Source: Armatimonadota bacterium
Lineage (GTDB): Bacteria > Armatimonadota > UBA5829 > DSUL01
DNA length: 64,000 nucleotides
Assembly (NCBI GenBank): GCA_039811685.1
Contig: JBDHZC010000005.1
Span: forward strand, 150,008-214,007
Direction of reading: 5' to 3'
Every line of letters begins with the position of its first letter. Position 1 is the first letter of the stretch. Below, one piece after another: positions 55,399 to 64,000 of the stretch. A program made the position numbers and the translations under genes. Under the pieces are notes generated by a model. The model saw nothing but the letters and a program-made list of their open reading frames with translations, had not been told where the DNA came from and ran no database searches.

Positions 55399-57078
55399 AT
55401 GAGAAGCTGCACTTGGCTGACGCTGGGACTCCTCAGTTGTATGCTAGCACCGGCGGCTCTGCCGGCGCAGAACCTGCTGTTGAATCCCAGCTTTGAAATC
55501 GACCCTGTTGAGGACGGCATCGCGCCTGGGTGGGCCAAGTATCGTTCGGGAGATGGAATGGACGGCTGGTTGAAACCGTGGAGCGGGCCGGACTCAGACT
55601 GGGTCGCTGTGGCAGGCCAGTGGGCGCCGGGACAGTGGGTGCTCTGGGGCCAGAGTGTTCCGTGCACACCTGGCAAGAATGTCACTTTTCGCATCTGGTC
55701 GGGAGGTTATCCGGGCTTCACCGGTTCAACATCGGCGAAGCTGGAGTTCTACTATCCCAATCAGGAAGGCGGTTCTATGGCGATTTCCACCGCCGAAAGC
55801 TCGATCATCACCGGTACGCACCCGTGGAGCCTGCAGGAGATAAGCGCCACTGTTCCGGCGCAGGCGGCGCGTGTCCGGGCTATGGGCTGGATCCAGGGCG
55901 CCGCCGCAAGTCCGGCCACTGGAAGCGCCAAGTTCGACGATGCGTATCTGGAGACTTCCAGCATACCTGCCATGGTGACGCCTGGGGAGGCGAAGGGTCT
56001 TGCGGACAACACGCAGGTCTGGCTGAAATGGCCGGTGGTCGTGCGTGATAACGGCAGCGACACGGCCCACACAGACTGCTACGTCACAGGGTATCATCGC
56101 GAAGGCACGGTACGTGTTACCTCTAACAGTCCCATTTATAGCAACGGCGCACCTGTCGCGGTCAGACTTGGTGCGATGCTGCACGTGGTTGGAACGGTCA
56201 CAACGGTCAACGCAGAGAAGGTGGTTCAGGCTTCGGACGTCGTGCCCACTAACTGGGATGGCCCGTGGCCGAAAGCCATTACGATGAATACCCGGTCTAT
56301 GTCCCTCCTGCCGGATACCTCAGGCCTGATTGCGCGGTTGGTCGGTAATGTCAGCTGGGTATCGGGTGACAAGACCTTCTTCTATCTGGACGACGGCGCC
56401 AATGTCCCGGCGGAGGGCGCAAAGACCGGGATAAAGGTCTACCACACAGCCAGCCCGGACGACTATCCACAAATCGGTGACACGGTGTCCGCTACCGGCA
56501 TTGTGTGGACAGAGCAGGGTGCAGACAGCAAGACCTACTACAACCTGACCACGCGCAAATCATCAGACTTCGCCGTGCTCAATATTGGCAGTGGTGGCGT
56601 CGGACGTAATCTCCTGCTGAACCCGGGATTTGAGTCAGGATCGGAAGCCTGGACCCTTCCAGATTCCAGCGTAGCTCCAGAGGCCTGGGCGGCCCTCAAC
56701 GGCGCCAAAGGGATGGCGTTCTACACCTGGGATTCCTACACAGATATTTCGTTCCATCAGACAGTTCCAAACATTGTGCCGGGCGCAACCTACGAATTCA
56801 GCGCTCAGCTCAAAGAAGAACCGAACCATATCGGGACTATCAAAATGATTATCGAATGGCTCGACTCTTCCAACAACCCCATCGTTCCCTCAGCGGATCT
56901 GACCGTTGATCCGCCGGACAACTGGGGCAAGTTCATCCTGAGCGCTGTCGCTCCTGCGGGCGCAGCTTCGGCGAACTTCACCTTCGCCGATACCAATCAT
57001 TCACCAAATCTGGAAAATCCGAATCTCCAGGCGGTGATGGTGGACGATACGGTAGCAAAGATAACGGCAATGCCGTAA
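55399..57078 (+). CDS. Secreted non-catalytic protein: CBM-like + conserved module + CBM-like
   Basis: AAGGAG RBS, signal peptide, two NLLLNP(S/G)FE...DD domains flanking the shared module (FFYLDDG). Confidence 0.75.
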   Translation: MRSCTWLTLGLLSCMLAPAALPAQNLLLNPSFEIDPVEDGIAPGWAKYRSGDGMDGWLKPWSGPDSDWVAVAGQWAPGQWVLWGQSVPCTPGKNVTFRIWSGGYPGFTGSTSAKLEFYYPNQEGGSMAISTAESSIITGTHPWSLQEISATVPAQAARVRAMGWIQGAAASPATGSAKFDDAYLETSSIPAMVTPGEAKGLADNTQVWLKWPVVVRDNGSDTAHTDCYVTGYHREGTVRVTSNSPIYSNGAPVAVRLGAMLHVVGTVTTVNAEKVVQASDVVPTNWDGPWPKAITMNTRSMSLLPDTSGLIARLVGNVSWVSGDKTFFYLDDGANVPAEGAKTGIKVYHTASPDDYPQIGDTVSATGIVWTEQGADSKTYYNLTTRKSSDFAVLNIGSGGVGRNLLLNPGFESGSEAWTLPDSSVAPEAWAALNGAKGMAFYTWDSYTDISFHQTVPNIVPGATYEFSAQLKEEPNHIGTIKMIIEWLDSSNNPIVPSADLTVDPPDNWGKFILSAVAPAGAASANFTFADTNHSPNLENPNLQAVMVDDTVAKITAMP

Positions 57079-57202
57079 GAGTTGAGTTTTGCCAGCCGGG
57101 CAGACGCGTATCGCTTGCGTCTGTCCGGCTGGCAGACGACGCCGGGCCGGCCGCTCTGTCTTCCACGGCCGGTTCGCTGACACAGAAAAGGAGGAAGGAC
57201 AA

Positions 57203-57961
57203 GTGAAAAGAATGCTGTGGCTGCTTCTGCTGGTGCTTGGCGCCAGCCAGGCGGCCTTCGCATACGATCCCGTTTCCAGCATAAACGGGGTGACATTTCA
57301 GCTTCGCAGGTTCAATGACGACAGCGACTCTATCGTCACGACTGTGAATAACTATCCGAGCTACATCAAAATCCAGGACTCAAAGCTCGATGGTGACGGA
57401 ACCGGAGCGGAGTGGGCCAACCGGCATGCGTGGTTCTTCTCGAACGACGGCGGCGCGACCCGCTTCCAGTTTGCCAACCACACGTACTTTGAGCTCTTCG
57501 CGGACGTAACAGTGACCGGCGACGCGGCGGGAGGAAAGGACCACGAGGCAGGCTTCTTCTTCGATCTGAACGGGTGGGACGGCCAGATGATGGTCAACAC
57601 CAACGGGCAGATCGCCGCCTTTGGGTATGTTCTGCCGTACTATGCCTTTCTGACTCCGTACTCAGCCGGGTCCACCGTGCGCATCGGAATGAAGTACTTC
57701 TACGATGCGGGCGATGGCAAGAACAAGATCAAATACTACGCCGGCAACGAGTCCAGCCCTGCTCTTGGTTTTGGAAACTCGGAAGACGGCATTATTGACG
57801 GCACCAATATCGGCGGCTACGGCCAGTTCCAGATCGCTCCAAATGTGGAGTCCAACTTCGGCCGCGCCGAGTGGGGCAACATTACAATCGTTCCTGAGCC
57901 TGCCAGCATACTTGTGCTGGCGTCAGGGCTGTGCGGGCTGCTCATTCGCCGGCGAAAGTAG
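57203..57961 (+). CDS. PEP-CTERM sorting-domain protein
   Basis: AGGAGG RBS then GTG. Signal peptide. VPEPASILVLASGLCGLLIRRRK. Confidence 0.92.
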   Translation: MKRMLWLLLLVLGASQAAFAYDPVSSINGVTFQLRRFNDDSDSIVTTVNNYPSYIKIQDSKLDGDGTGAEWANRHAWFFSNDGGATRFQFANHTYFELFADVTVTGDAAGGKDHEAGFFFDLNGWDGQMMVNTNGQIAAFGYVLPYYAFLTPYSAGSTVRIGMKYFYDAGDGKNKIKYYAGNESSPALGFGNSEDGIIDGTNIGGYGQFQIAPNVESNFGRAEWGNITIVPEPASILVLASGLCGLLIRRRK

Positions 57962-58222
57962 GCGCAAGGCTGGCCTACGTGAGGGTCAGGCGGTCAGCAA
58001 AGTGGCCGCCGGCCGGCTCAGAGTAAGAGCAGGCCAACAACTGACATTGGCCGGCGCGTTTCTTTTGTGGGGCGCGCCGGCCAGAACTCTTGGGCAGCGC
58101 GAGTGCGTGTATCAGTCACCACTGCACACCGGACAAACTGATGCACAGAAACCGTGCGGATTGGACCTCTTCTTGCCCCGGTTGGTAACTGCCGATTGGC
58201 AAGATCAGGAGGCACACACGAC

Positions 58223-58990
58223 ATGAGATTCTACGGCAAACTCACAGAAAGATATTCACTGGCCCGATCGACGCAGGCCAGCCCTGTGCGACCGCGGCCG
58301 TGTGACCGCGGCTTCACGCTCATTGAGCTTCTGGTGGTCATCGCCATTATCGCAATTCTCGCCGCCATCCTCTTTCCGGTTTTCGGACGCGCGAAGGAGA
58401 AGGCGTGGCAGGCAAGCTGCGCCTCCAACTGCAAGCAGCTAGCGACCGCCGTCATTTTGTATCTCGAAGACTATAAGGGCCACCTTCCGACTTTCACTTA
58501 CAACACACAGTGGAAGCAGTTGGAGACGGACAATATCCTTCGCTATGTGAAGTCCGAGGAAGCGTTCCACTGCCCGGCGGCCAATGGCGCCAACAGCGCG
58601 CAAAACCCGCCAAAAAACGCCAGTGAGAACTGGAAGAACAGCTTCGGCCATACCTTCGCCGCGCCTGAGCGCCCGGGGTGGCGCTACACGGATTACAAGA
58701 TGATGGACAACGGCTATCTGCCAGGGATGTCCCAGTCCGAGATCCGCAACACAACATGGCTGGTCATTGTCATAGACAACACGGACTGGATGCCCAGACA
58801 TCCGCAGGGACGGCAGGCGAACAAGAATGATGGCGGCAACAACATCGGCTTTCTGGACGGGCATGTCCAGCACTTTGCGAAAGCCCGTTACAACGACGGG
58901 GTGAAGCGGGGAGGATCCGACTACGATGACGCGGGCGCAACGCCCTTCTGGAACTGGGGGCTGGACAGGATCTACTGGATTCCGGAATGA
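58223..58990 (+). CDS. Prepilin-type N-terminal cleavage/methylation protein (DUF1559 / H-X9-DG type)
   Basis: G/FTLIELLVVIAIIAILAAILFPVF..AKEKA....C.SN.KQL, FHCP, RH...NIGFLDGHV. AGGAGG RBS. Confidence 0.93.
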   Translation: MRFYGKLTERYSLARSTQASPVRPRPCDRGFTLIELLVVIAIIAILAAILFPVFGRAKEKAWQASCASNCKQLATAVILYLEDYKGHLPTFTYNTQWKQLETDNILRYVKSEEAFHCPAANGANSAQNPPKNASENWKNSFGHTFAAPERPGWRYTDYKMMDNGYLPGMSQSEIRNTTWLVIVIDNTDWMPRHPQGRQANKNDGGNNIGFLDGHVQHFAKARYNDGVKRGGSDYDDAGATPFWNWGLDRIYWIPE

Positions 58991-60279
58991 TTGCGCTTGC
59001 GGCGGTCGTGGGAACTCTGTTGGTATTGTCACCAGCCGGGGCGGACCGGCACTCCGACCAGGAGTACCTGCGCCGGTGCGCGGCGGACACTTGGAAGTAC
59101 TTTCAGACGTGCCGCGACCCCCGCACGCAACTCATCTGGGATCATGCCGGGGACGGTGGAAAGGATCCCGCCCAGTATACTATCCCGACCAACATAGCGC
59201 TGGATCTGTGTTGTCAGATAGCCGCCGTGGACCTGGGGCTATGCAGGCCGGAAGAGGCGAGCTCGCGCGTCGCGGCGCTGCTCAAGACGCTGGAGACGCT
59301 CAAGAAGAGTCACGGCTTCTTTCTGAACAGCTACGATACGCAAACGGCTGAGCCGCTCGCCACCTTTGTGTCGTTTGTGGATAACGGCTGGTTGAGTCTC
59401 GCCCTGCTGGTTGTGCGGCAGACTTTTCCGGGTGAGATTGCAGCGGCAGCAACAAAGCTTCTGGACGCTCAGGACTATGGCATCTTCTACGATGCAAAGA
59501 CCGGGCTGATGTTTCACGGCTATCACACGGATAGACGCGACATTCGATACGGTCACTACGACGTGTTTTGTTCGGAGCCGCGTGCGGCGTCGCTGTACGC
59601 CATCTGCAAAGGCGACGTTATCGCCAGGCACTGGTTTCGCATGGAACGCGCGAAGCCAGCCGAAGGCAAGGGTTACCGTCGGGGCGTCGTGCGGGACTAT
59701 CTTGGCGTGAAAGTGCCAGAGGGTTACTACCGTTATCGCGGTCTGAAGGTCTGCCCCAGCTGGGGCGGAAGCATGTTCGAGTTTCTGATGCCGACTCTGT
59801 TCATCGACGAGATGAAGCTGGCGCCTCGTAGCCTTGGAGTCAATGACGGCCGCGCTGTAGACGCTCAGATTGCCTTCGCCCGGGAGCTTGGTCTGGAGGT
59901 CTGGGGAATGTCTCCATGCGCCAGTCCGGCGGGCGGATACAGTGAGTATGGCGCTGCGCCTGTTGGGGTGCAGGGATATTCAGACAGTGCTGTAACCCCG
60001 CACGCCTCATTTCTTGCGCTGGCGCTCAGACCGAGGGAGGCGCTGGAAAACCTCCGGCAGTTGGAAAAGAGTTACCCAGTTTATGGTGAGTTTGGTTTCC
60101 GGGATTCTGTTGACCCCAGAACTGGAGAGGTAGCGCAGGTCTATCTTGCGCTGGATCAGGCGATGACTCTTCTTGCAATTGACAATTTTCTGAACAAAGG
60201 GGCAATTCGCAAACGCGTAATGAAAGATCCGCTGATGAAGGGCGCGCCGCGGTTGCTCGGGCTGGAGGAGTTCTACTAG
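58987..60279 (+). CDS. Secreted glucoamylase-family protein resembling the middle (GH189-like) domain of cyclic beta-1,2-glucan synthase
   Basis: DTWKYF, T.PTNI, GFFLNSYDT, VSFVDNGWL, HYD...SEPR, HWF, SWGGSMFEFLMP, YGEFGFRDSVD, LDQAM. Start overlaps the pilin stop (ATGA). Confidence 0.78.
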   Translation: MIALAAVVGTLLVLSPAGADRHSDQEYLRRCAADTWKYFQTCRDPRTQLIWDHAGDGGKDPAQYTIPTNIALDLCCQIAAVDLGLCRPEEASSRVAALLKTLETLKKSHGFFLNSYDTQTAEPLATFVSFVDNGWLSLALLVVRQTFPGEIAAAATKLLDAQDYGIFYDAKTGLMFHGYHTDRRDIRYGHYDVFCSEPRAASLYAICKGDVIARHWFRMERAKPAEGKGYRRGVVRDYLGVKVPEGYYRYRGLKVCPSWGGSMFEFLMPTLFIDEMKLAPRSLGVNDGRAVDAQIAFARELGLEVWGMSPCASPAGGYSEYGAAPVGVQGYSDSAVTPHASFLALALRPREALENLRQLEKSYPVYGEFGFRDSVDPRTGEVAQVYLALDQAMTLLAIDNFLNKGAIRKRVMKDPLMKGAPRLLGLEEFY

Positions 60280-60378
60280 CTGGGTGTCAGTTGTGGATTG
60301 AGTGGACTCTTTCTTCAGGTTTTCGGCGCCCTTGGGCGCTGTCGAGCGCTGTGCGGCCCGGGTCACTGTATGGGCTGA

Positions 60379-61422
60379 TTGGATCGGTTAGTGGCTAGAA
60401 AACAGAGCGAATCAAATATCTACGATGTAGCGATGCTTGCGGGAGTATCGAAGTCCACTGTATCGCGGGTGCTCAATAATGCGGACTCTGTGCGCGCCAG
60501 CACGCGCCGGCAGGTGGAGGAGGCAATGCTGCGTCTGGGTTATCGCCCGAACGTTTCGGCGCGGCGTCTGGCTGGTTCCACAGACAGGCGCATCGGCCTC
60601 ATTCTTCCCTTCTTCACCGAGATGTTTTCATCTTTCTATGTTCACGAGGTGTTGCTGGGAGTTGGAGAAATTGTCTCCGAGCGTGACGCTGAGCTGCTTT
60701 TGCACATCGAGCACAGATCCCCTGATAAGGACGCTCTGGAGAAGAAGCTGTTTGGAAATGGACAGCTTGGAGGCTGGCTGATCGCGGACGAAAGCATTTC
60801 GCATGAGCTGCTGAAGCAGCTTCAGGCCAAAGGCACGCCTTTTGTGTTGCTCAATCGTTCCGTTGGTCTGCGGGGCGCCTCGGCGGCGGTTGTTGACAAC
60901 GGGGTTGGAGCCTCTCTGGCGGCCGAGCATCTGATGGATATGGGACATAGACGAATTGCCATTCTGGCGGGTGATCTGGCGCTACAGCCCGCCGCAGATC
61001 GTGCGAGCGGGTTTGCCTCCGCGCTGGGTTCCCGGGGCCTGACGGTTGAGGACGATCTGTGTGTTCAGTGCAACTTCAACCGGGAGATGGCTTACGACGC
61101 TGCGCGGCGGATGCTTACGGGTAAGGCCAGACCCACAGCCATTTTTGCCGCAAGTGACCTGATGGCTTCCGGAGTGTATGAAGCTGCCGCTGCTGAGGAT
61201 GTTTCAATCCCCGAAGAGCTCTCTGTCGTCGGGTTTGACGATGACGTTCTCGCCGGGCAGCTTGTACCGAAGTTGACGACAGTCAGACAACCTCTGCGCG
61301 AGATGGCCCAAACAGCGGCGGCGTGGCTGCTGGATTACATCGAAGGCAAGACTCGCGAGATCGCGCGGATATCTCTGGCGCCCCGCCTGATTGAGAGAGA
61401 GTCAACAGCGCCGCCGCGCTGA
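60379..61422 (+). CDS. LacI family transcriptional regulator
   Basis: IYDVAMLAGVSKSTVSRVLN, YRPN..AR.L, SVVGFDD, LTTVRQP. Confidence 0.95.
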   Translation: MDRLVARKQSESNIYDVAMLAGVSKSTVSRVLNNADSVRASTRRQVEEAMLRLGYRPNVSARRLAGSTDRRIGLILPFFTEMFSSFYVHEVLLGVGEIVSERDAELLLHIEHRSPDKDALEKKLFGNGQLGGWLIADESISHELLKQLQAKGTPFVLLNRSVGLRGASAAVVDNGVGASLAAEHLMDMGHRRIAILAGDLALQPAADRASGFASALGSRGLTVEDDLCVQCNFNREMAYDAARRMLTGKARPTAIFAASDLMASGVYEAAAAEDVSIPEELSVVGFDDDVLAGQLVPKLTTVRQPLREMAQTAAAWLLDYIEGKTREIARISLAPRLIERESTAPPR

Positions 61423-61447
61423 AAGAGTCTCGTGAGGAGATTGTGCT

Positions 61448-63838
61448 GTGAGCGTAGTCTATGAACCGGAGATTGGGCTTCGGAGCCGGACTCAGTATGG
61501 GGGCTTCTCTGCGGACGGACGCGAATATGTCATTACCCGTCCGGATACGCCTCGCCCCTGGATCAATGTTCTGTGCAATGCCAATCCCGGGTATGGCGCG
61601 GTGATCTCGCAGACTGGGAGTGGCTATAGCTGGCTCAAGAACGCAGAGCTCAACCGGGTCACCCAATGGGAACAGGACCTGATACAGGACAACCGCGGTA
61701 AATACCTCTATCTCCGCGATGTAGACTCTGGCTGCGTTTGGTCGGCTGGTTTTCAACCGGTCAGGGCCGAGCCGGAGGCTTACGAATGCCGGCACGGGGT
61801 GGGCTACTCTGTCATTACTTCGCTCAACTTTGGAATCCGCACGCGTCTTACGATTTTCGTCACTCCGGATGAGCCGCTTGAGGTATGGATGCTTGCCATC
61901 GAAAACTCTACTGCTCTCAGGCGCCGCCTCAGCGTCTTCAGCTATCTCGAGTGGTGCCTGGGCACCGCCCACGATACCCACCGGGAGTTTCACCGCACGT
62001 TTCTGGAGACTGAAGCGCGCCCGGAAGCCGGGCTGTTGCTCGCTCGCAAGCGTTTGTGGGCTATCCCGAACAGCAAGGGGCAGGGGTGGAATCGAAGCTG
62101 GGACGGCGTGGCGTTTCACAGTTGTTCCGGACCTGTAGAGGGCTACGAGTGCGACAAGGAAGCTTTTCTCGGCATGTATCGATCTCTGCAGGACCCGCGG
62201 GCAGTGGCTGAGGGTTGTCTTGGCAATTCCAGCGGCAAATGGGGCGATGCAATTGGCTCTCTTCACACAGACATTGAGCTTGCAGTGGGTGAGACGTGCG
62301 TCCTGGTTTTCACGGTTGGAGTGGCTGGAGACGAAGCGGAGGCCGCAAGACTCACAGATCGCTATCGGAGCGTACAGCATGCACAGGGCGCTCTTGAGCG
62401 CACAAAAGCCTGGTGGGATGAGCGTTTGTCTGGATTTCACGTCAATACGCCGGACTCCGGTCTCAATGCGCTGCTCAACACATGGTTGCGTTATCAGGCG
62501 ATGGCCGGGCGCATCTGGGGCCGTACGGCGTACTATCAGACGGGCGGCGCGTACGGCTTTCGCGATCAGCTCCAGGACAGTCACATCTTTCTGCCCACCG
62601 AACCAGGGCTGACGCGCAAGCAGATTCTTCTGCACGCCTCGCATCAGTTCACCGCTGGCAATGTTTTCCACTGGTGGCAGCCGATTACAGAACAGGGAGC
62701 GCACAGCCGTTTTTCAGACGATCTCCTCTGGCTGCCTTTCGTCGTGCTGAGCTATCTGGACGAAACGGATGACCATTCCATCCTGCAGGACGAAGCAGAG
62801 TATGCAGATGGCCCCCCGGAAAGCCTCAGAAACCACTGCTTCCGGGCGCTGGATCTGTCTTTGTCGCGCTTTAGCGATCGCGGTCTGCCATTGATTGGGG
62901 AAGGCGACTGGAACGATGGTCTGAGCGCTGAGGGATGGGACAACAAAGGAGAGTCTGTCTTTGTCGGATTCTTCCTTCGGATGCTGCTTGGGCGCTGGGC
63001 GAACATCGCGGAGATCTCGGGAGATACTTCGAGAGCTGATCACTATCGTCAGCGCTCAGACGATCTGAGAGATGCGCTGAATGAGTGCGCCTGGGATGGA
63101 GAATGGTTCGTCCGCGCCACGTGCGACGACGGCACAGTCATTGGAAGCCGCACTTGCAGTGAAGGCCGCATCTTTTTGAATGCGCAGACCTGGTCTATTC
63201 TCTCGGACACGTGCCCGTCTGAGCGCCGTCATGCGCTGATGGAAGTTGTCCGGCGGGAGCTATATACGGAGTGCGGCCCGGCGTTGTTGCGTCCGGCTTA
63301 TACCAGGCCGGATGAGCGCGTCGGCTATCTCACGCGCTACGCCCCCGCATCCCGCGAAAACGGCGGCGTTTACCTCCATGCGGCCACATGGGCTATCTGG
63401 GCAGAGACTCTGATGGGACGCCCGGACAAAGCGTGGGAAATCTATGCTCACATTTCGCCGGTGCAGCGAGGGCAGCATCCTCAGAGCTACTTCGCGGAGC
63501 CCTACGTGACTGCAGGCAACATAGATGGGCCCGATTCGCCCAATGCCGGGAGGGGAGGCTGGAGCTGGTACACCGGATCGGCTGCCTGGCTGTTTCGCGT
63601 GATGACGGAAAGAGTTCTCGGTGTGCGCCCGGAAGAGTCCGGCCTGCGCATCGAGCCCTGCCTGCCTGATCACTGGGACGGTTTTCAGATGAAGCGCAGA
63701 TTCCGCGGCGCCACTTACCACATCACGGTGCAAAGAGGGGCTACCCCGTGTGTCCTGCTTGACGGCCAAGCCCTGGAGACAACACTGCTACCTCCTCCCA
63801 CAGACTCAAAAGAGCACGACGTCTCTGTCGTCTGCTAA
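61448..63838 (+). CDS. GH94 glycoside phosphorylase (cytoplasmic)
   Basis: GREYVI..TPRPWINV, YQTGGAYGFRDQLQD, HWW, SDDLLWL, GDWNDG, GESVF, ENGGVYLHA, EPYV, GGWSWYTGSAAW. Confidence 0.92.
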   Translation: MSVVYEPEIGLRSRTQYGGFSADGREYVITRPDTPRPWINVLCNANPGYGAVISQTGSGYSWLKNAELNRVTQWEQDLIQDNRGKYLYLRDVDSGCVWSAGFQPVRAEPEAYECRHGVGYSVITSLNFGIRTRLTIFVTPDEPLEVWMLAIENSTALRRRLSVFSYLEWCLGTAHDTHREFHRTFLETEARPEAGLLLARKRLWAIPNSKGQGWNRSWDGVAFHSCSGPVEGYECDKEAFLGMYRSLQDPRAVAEGCLGNSSGKWGDAIGSLHTDIELAVGETCVLVFTVGVAGDEAEAARLTDRYRSVQHAQGALERTKAWWDERLSGFHVNTPDSGLNALLNTWLRYQAMAGRIWGRTAYYQTGGAYGFRDQLQDSHIFLPTEPGLTRKQILLHASHQFTAGNVFHWWQPITEQGAHSRFSDDLLWLPFVVLSYLDETDDHSILQDEAEYADGPPESLRNHCFRALDLSLSRFSDRGLPLIGEGDWNDGLSAEGWDNKGESVFVGFFLRMLLGRWANIAEISGDTSRADHYRQRSDDLRDALNECAWDGEWFVRATCDDGTVIGSRTCSEGRIFLNAQTWSILSDTCPSERRHALMEVVRRELYTECGPALLRPAYTRPDERVGYLTRYAPASRENGGVYLHAATWAIWAETLMGRPDKAWEIYAHISPVQRGQHPQSYFAEPYVTAGNIDGPDSPNAGRGGWSWYTGSAAWLFRVMTERVLGVRPEESGLRIEPCLPDHWDGFQMKRRFRGATYHITVQRGATPCVLLDGQALETTLLPPPTDSKEHDVSVVC

Positions 63839-63913
63839 CTCTACTGATGCGCATTGACCGGGAGAATCTCCTAGCCATCACTAGCGGCGAAGGCGCTCGT
63901 CTCACGCAAAGTT

Positions 63914-63950
63914 AGGGCCCGCTTCCTTCATCCGAAAGCGGGCCCTGCTT
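63914..63950 (+). terminator. Hairpin closing the beta-glucan locus
   Basis: AGGGCCCGCTT...AAGCGGGCCCT, with a weak T tail. Confidence 0.65.
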
Positions 63951-64000
63951 ATGAGTCAGTAGCTGTAACGCTACGGAGCTATGTTGACGTCGCTGCTGTC

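Noticed and set aside
61283..62704. 473-aa minus-strand ORF
   Set aside because: Antisense shadow of the GH94 gene, no recognisable domain.

Overview
GC-rich bacterial chromosomal segment with about 45 protein-coding genes. I found no rRNA, tRNA, CRISPR array or transposase. Three PEP-CTERM proteins, a prepilin/DUF1559-type protein and a repeated C-terminal module on secreted enzymes suggest Armatimonadota (inference). Housekeeping genes: yifB/comM (partial, absent from the ORF track), lysC, gltA, ppdK, panD, bcp. Repair genes: YhaO/YhaN-like nuclease-ATPase pair, family-B polymerase, PolX with a degenerate polymerase site, MPG, AlkA. Regulatory genes: sigma70-family factor plus LuxR-HTH, hybrid kinase plus single-domain regulator. 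Many CAZymes are also present. Most notable: (1) a ~11.5-kb transporter-less beta-glucan locus (52.3-63.9 kb) behind two perfect TGGGAGCGCTCCCA operators, with GH144-like, GH189-like and GH94 enzymes, a PEP-CTERM protein and a pilin-like protein; (2) a ~190-aa module shared by four secreted proteins; (3) a promoter/leader-peptide/terminator attenuator upstream of an HNH nuclease; (4) a promoter-driven ~120-nt rod RNA followed by a structured leader upstream of a PEP-CTERM gene; (5) an orphan class III nucleotide-cyclase-like gene. All family calls rest on motif recognition by eye; no database search was run.
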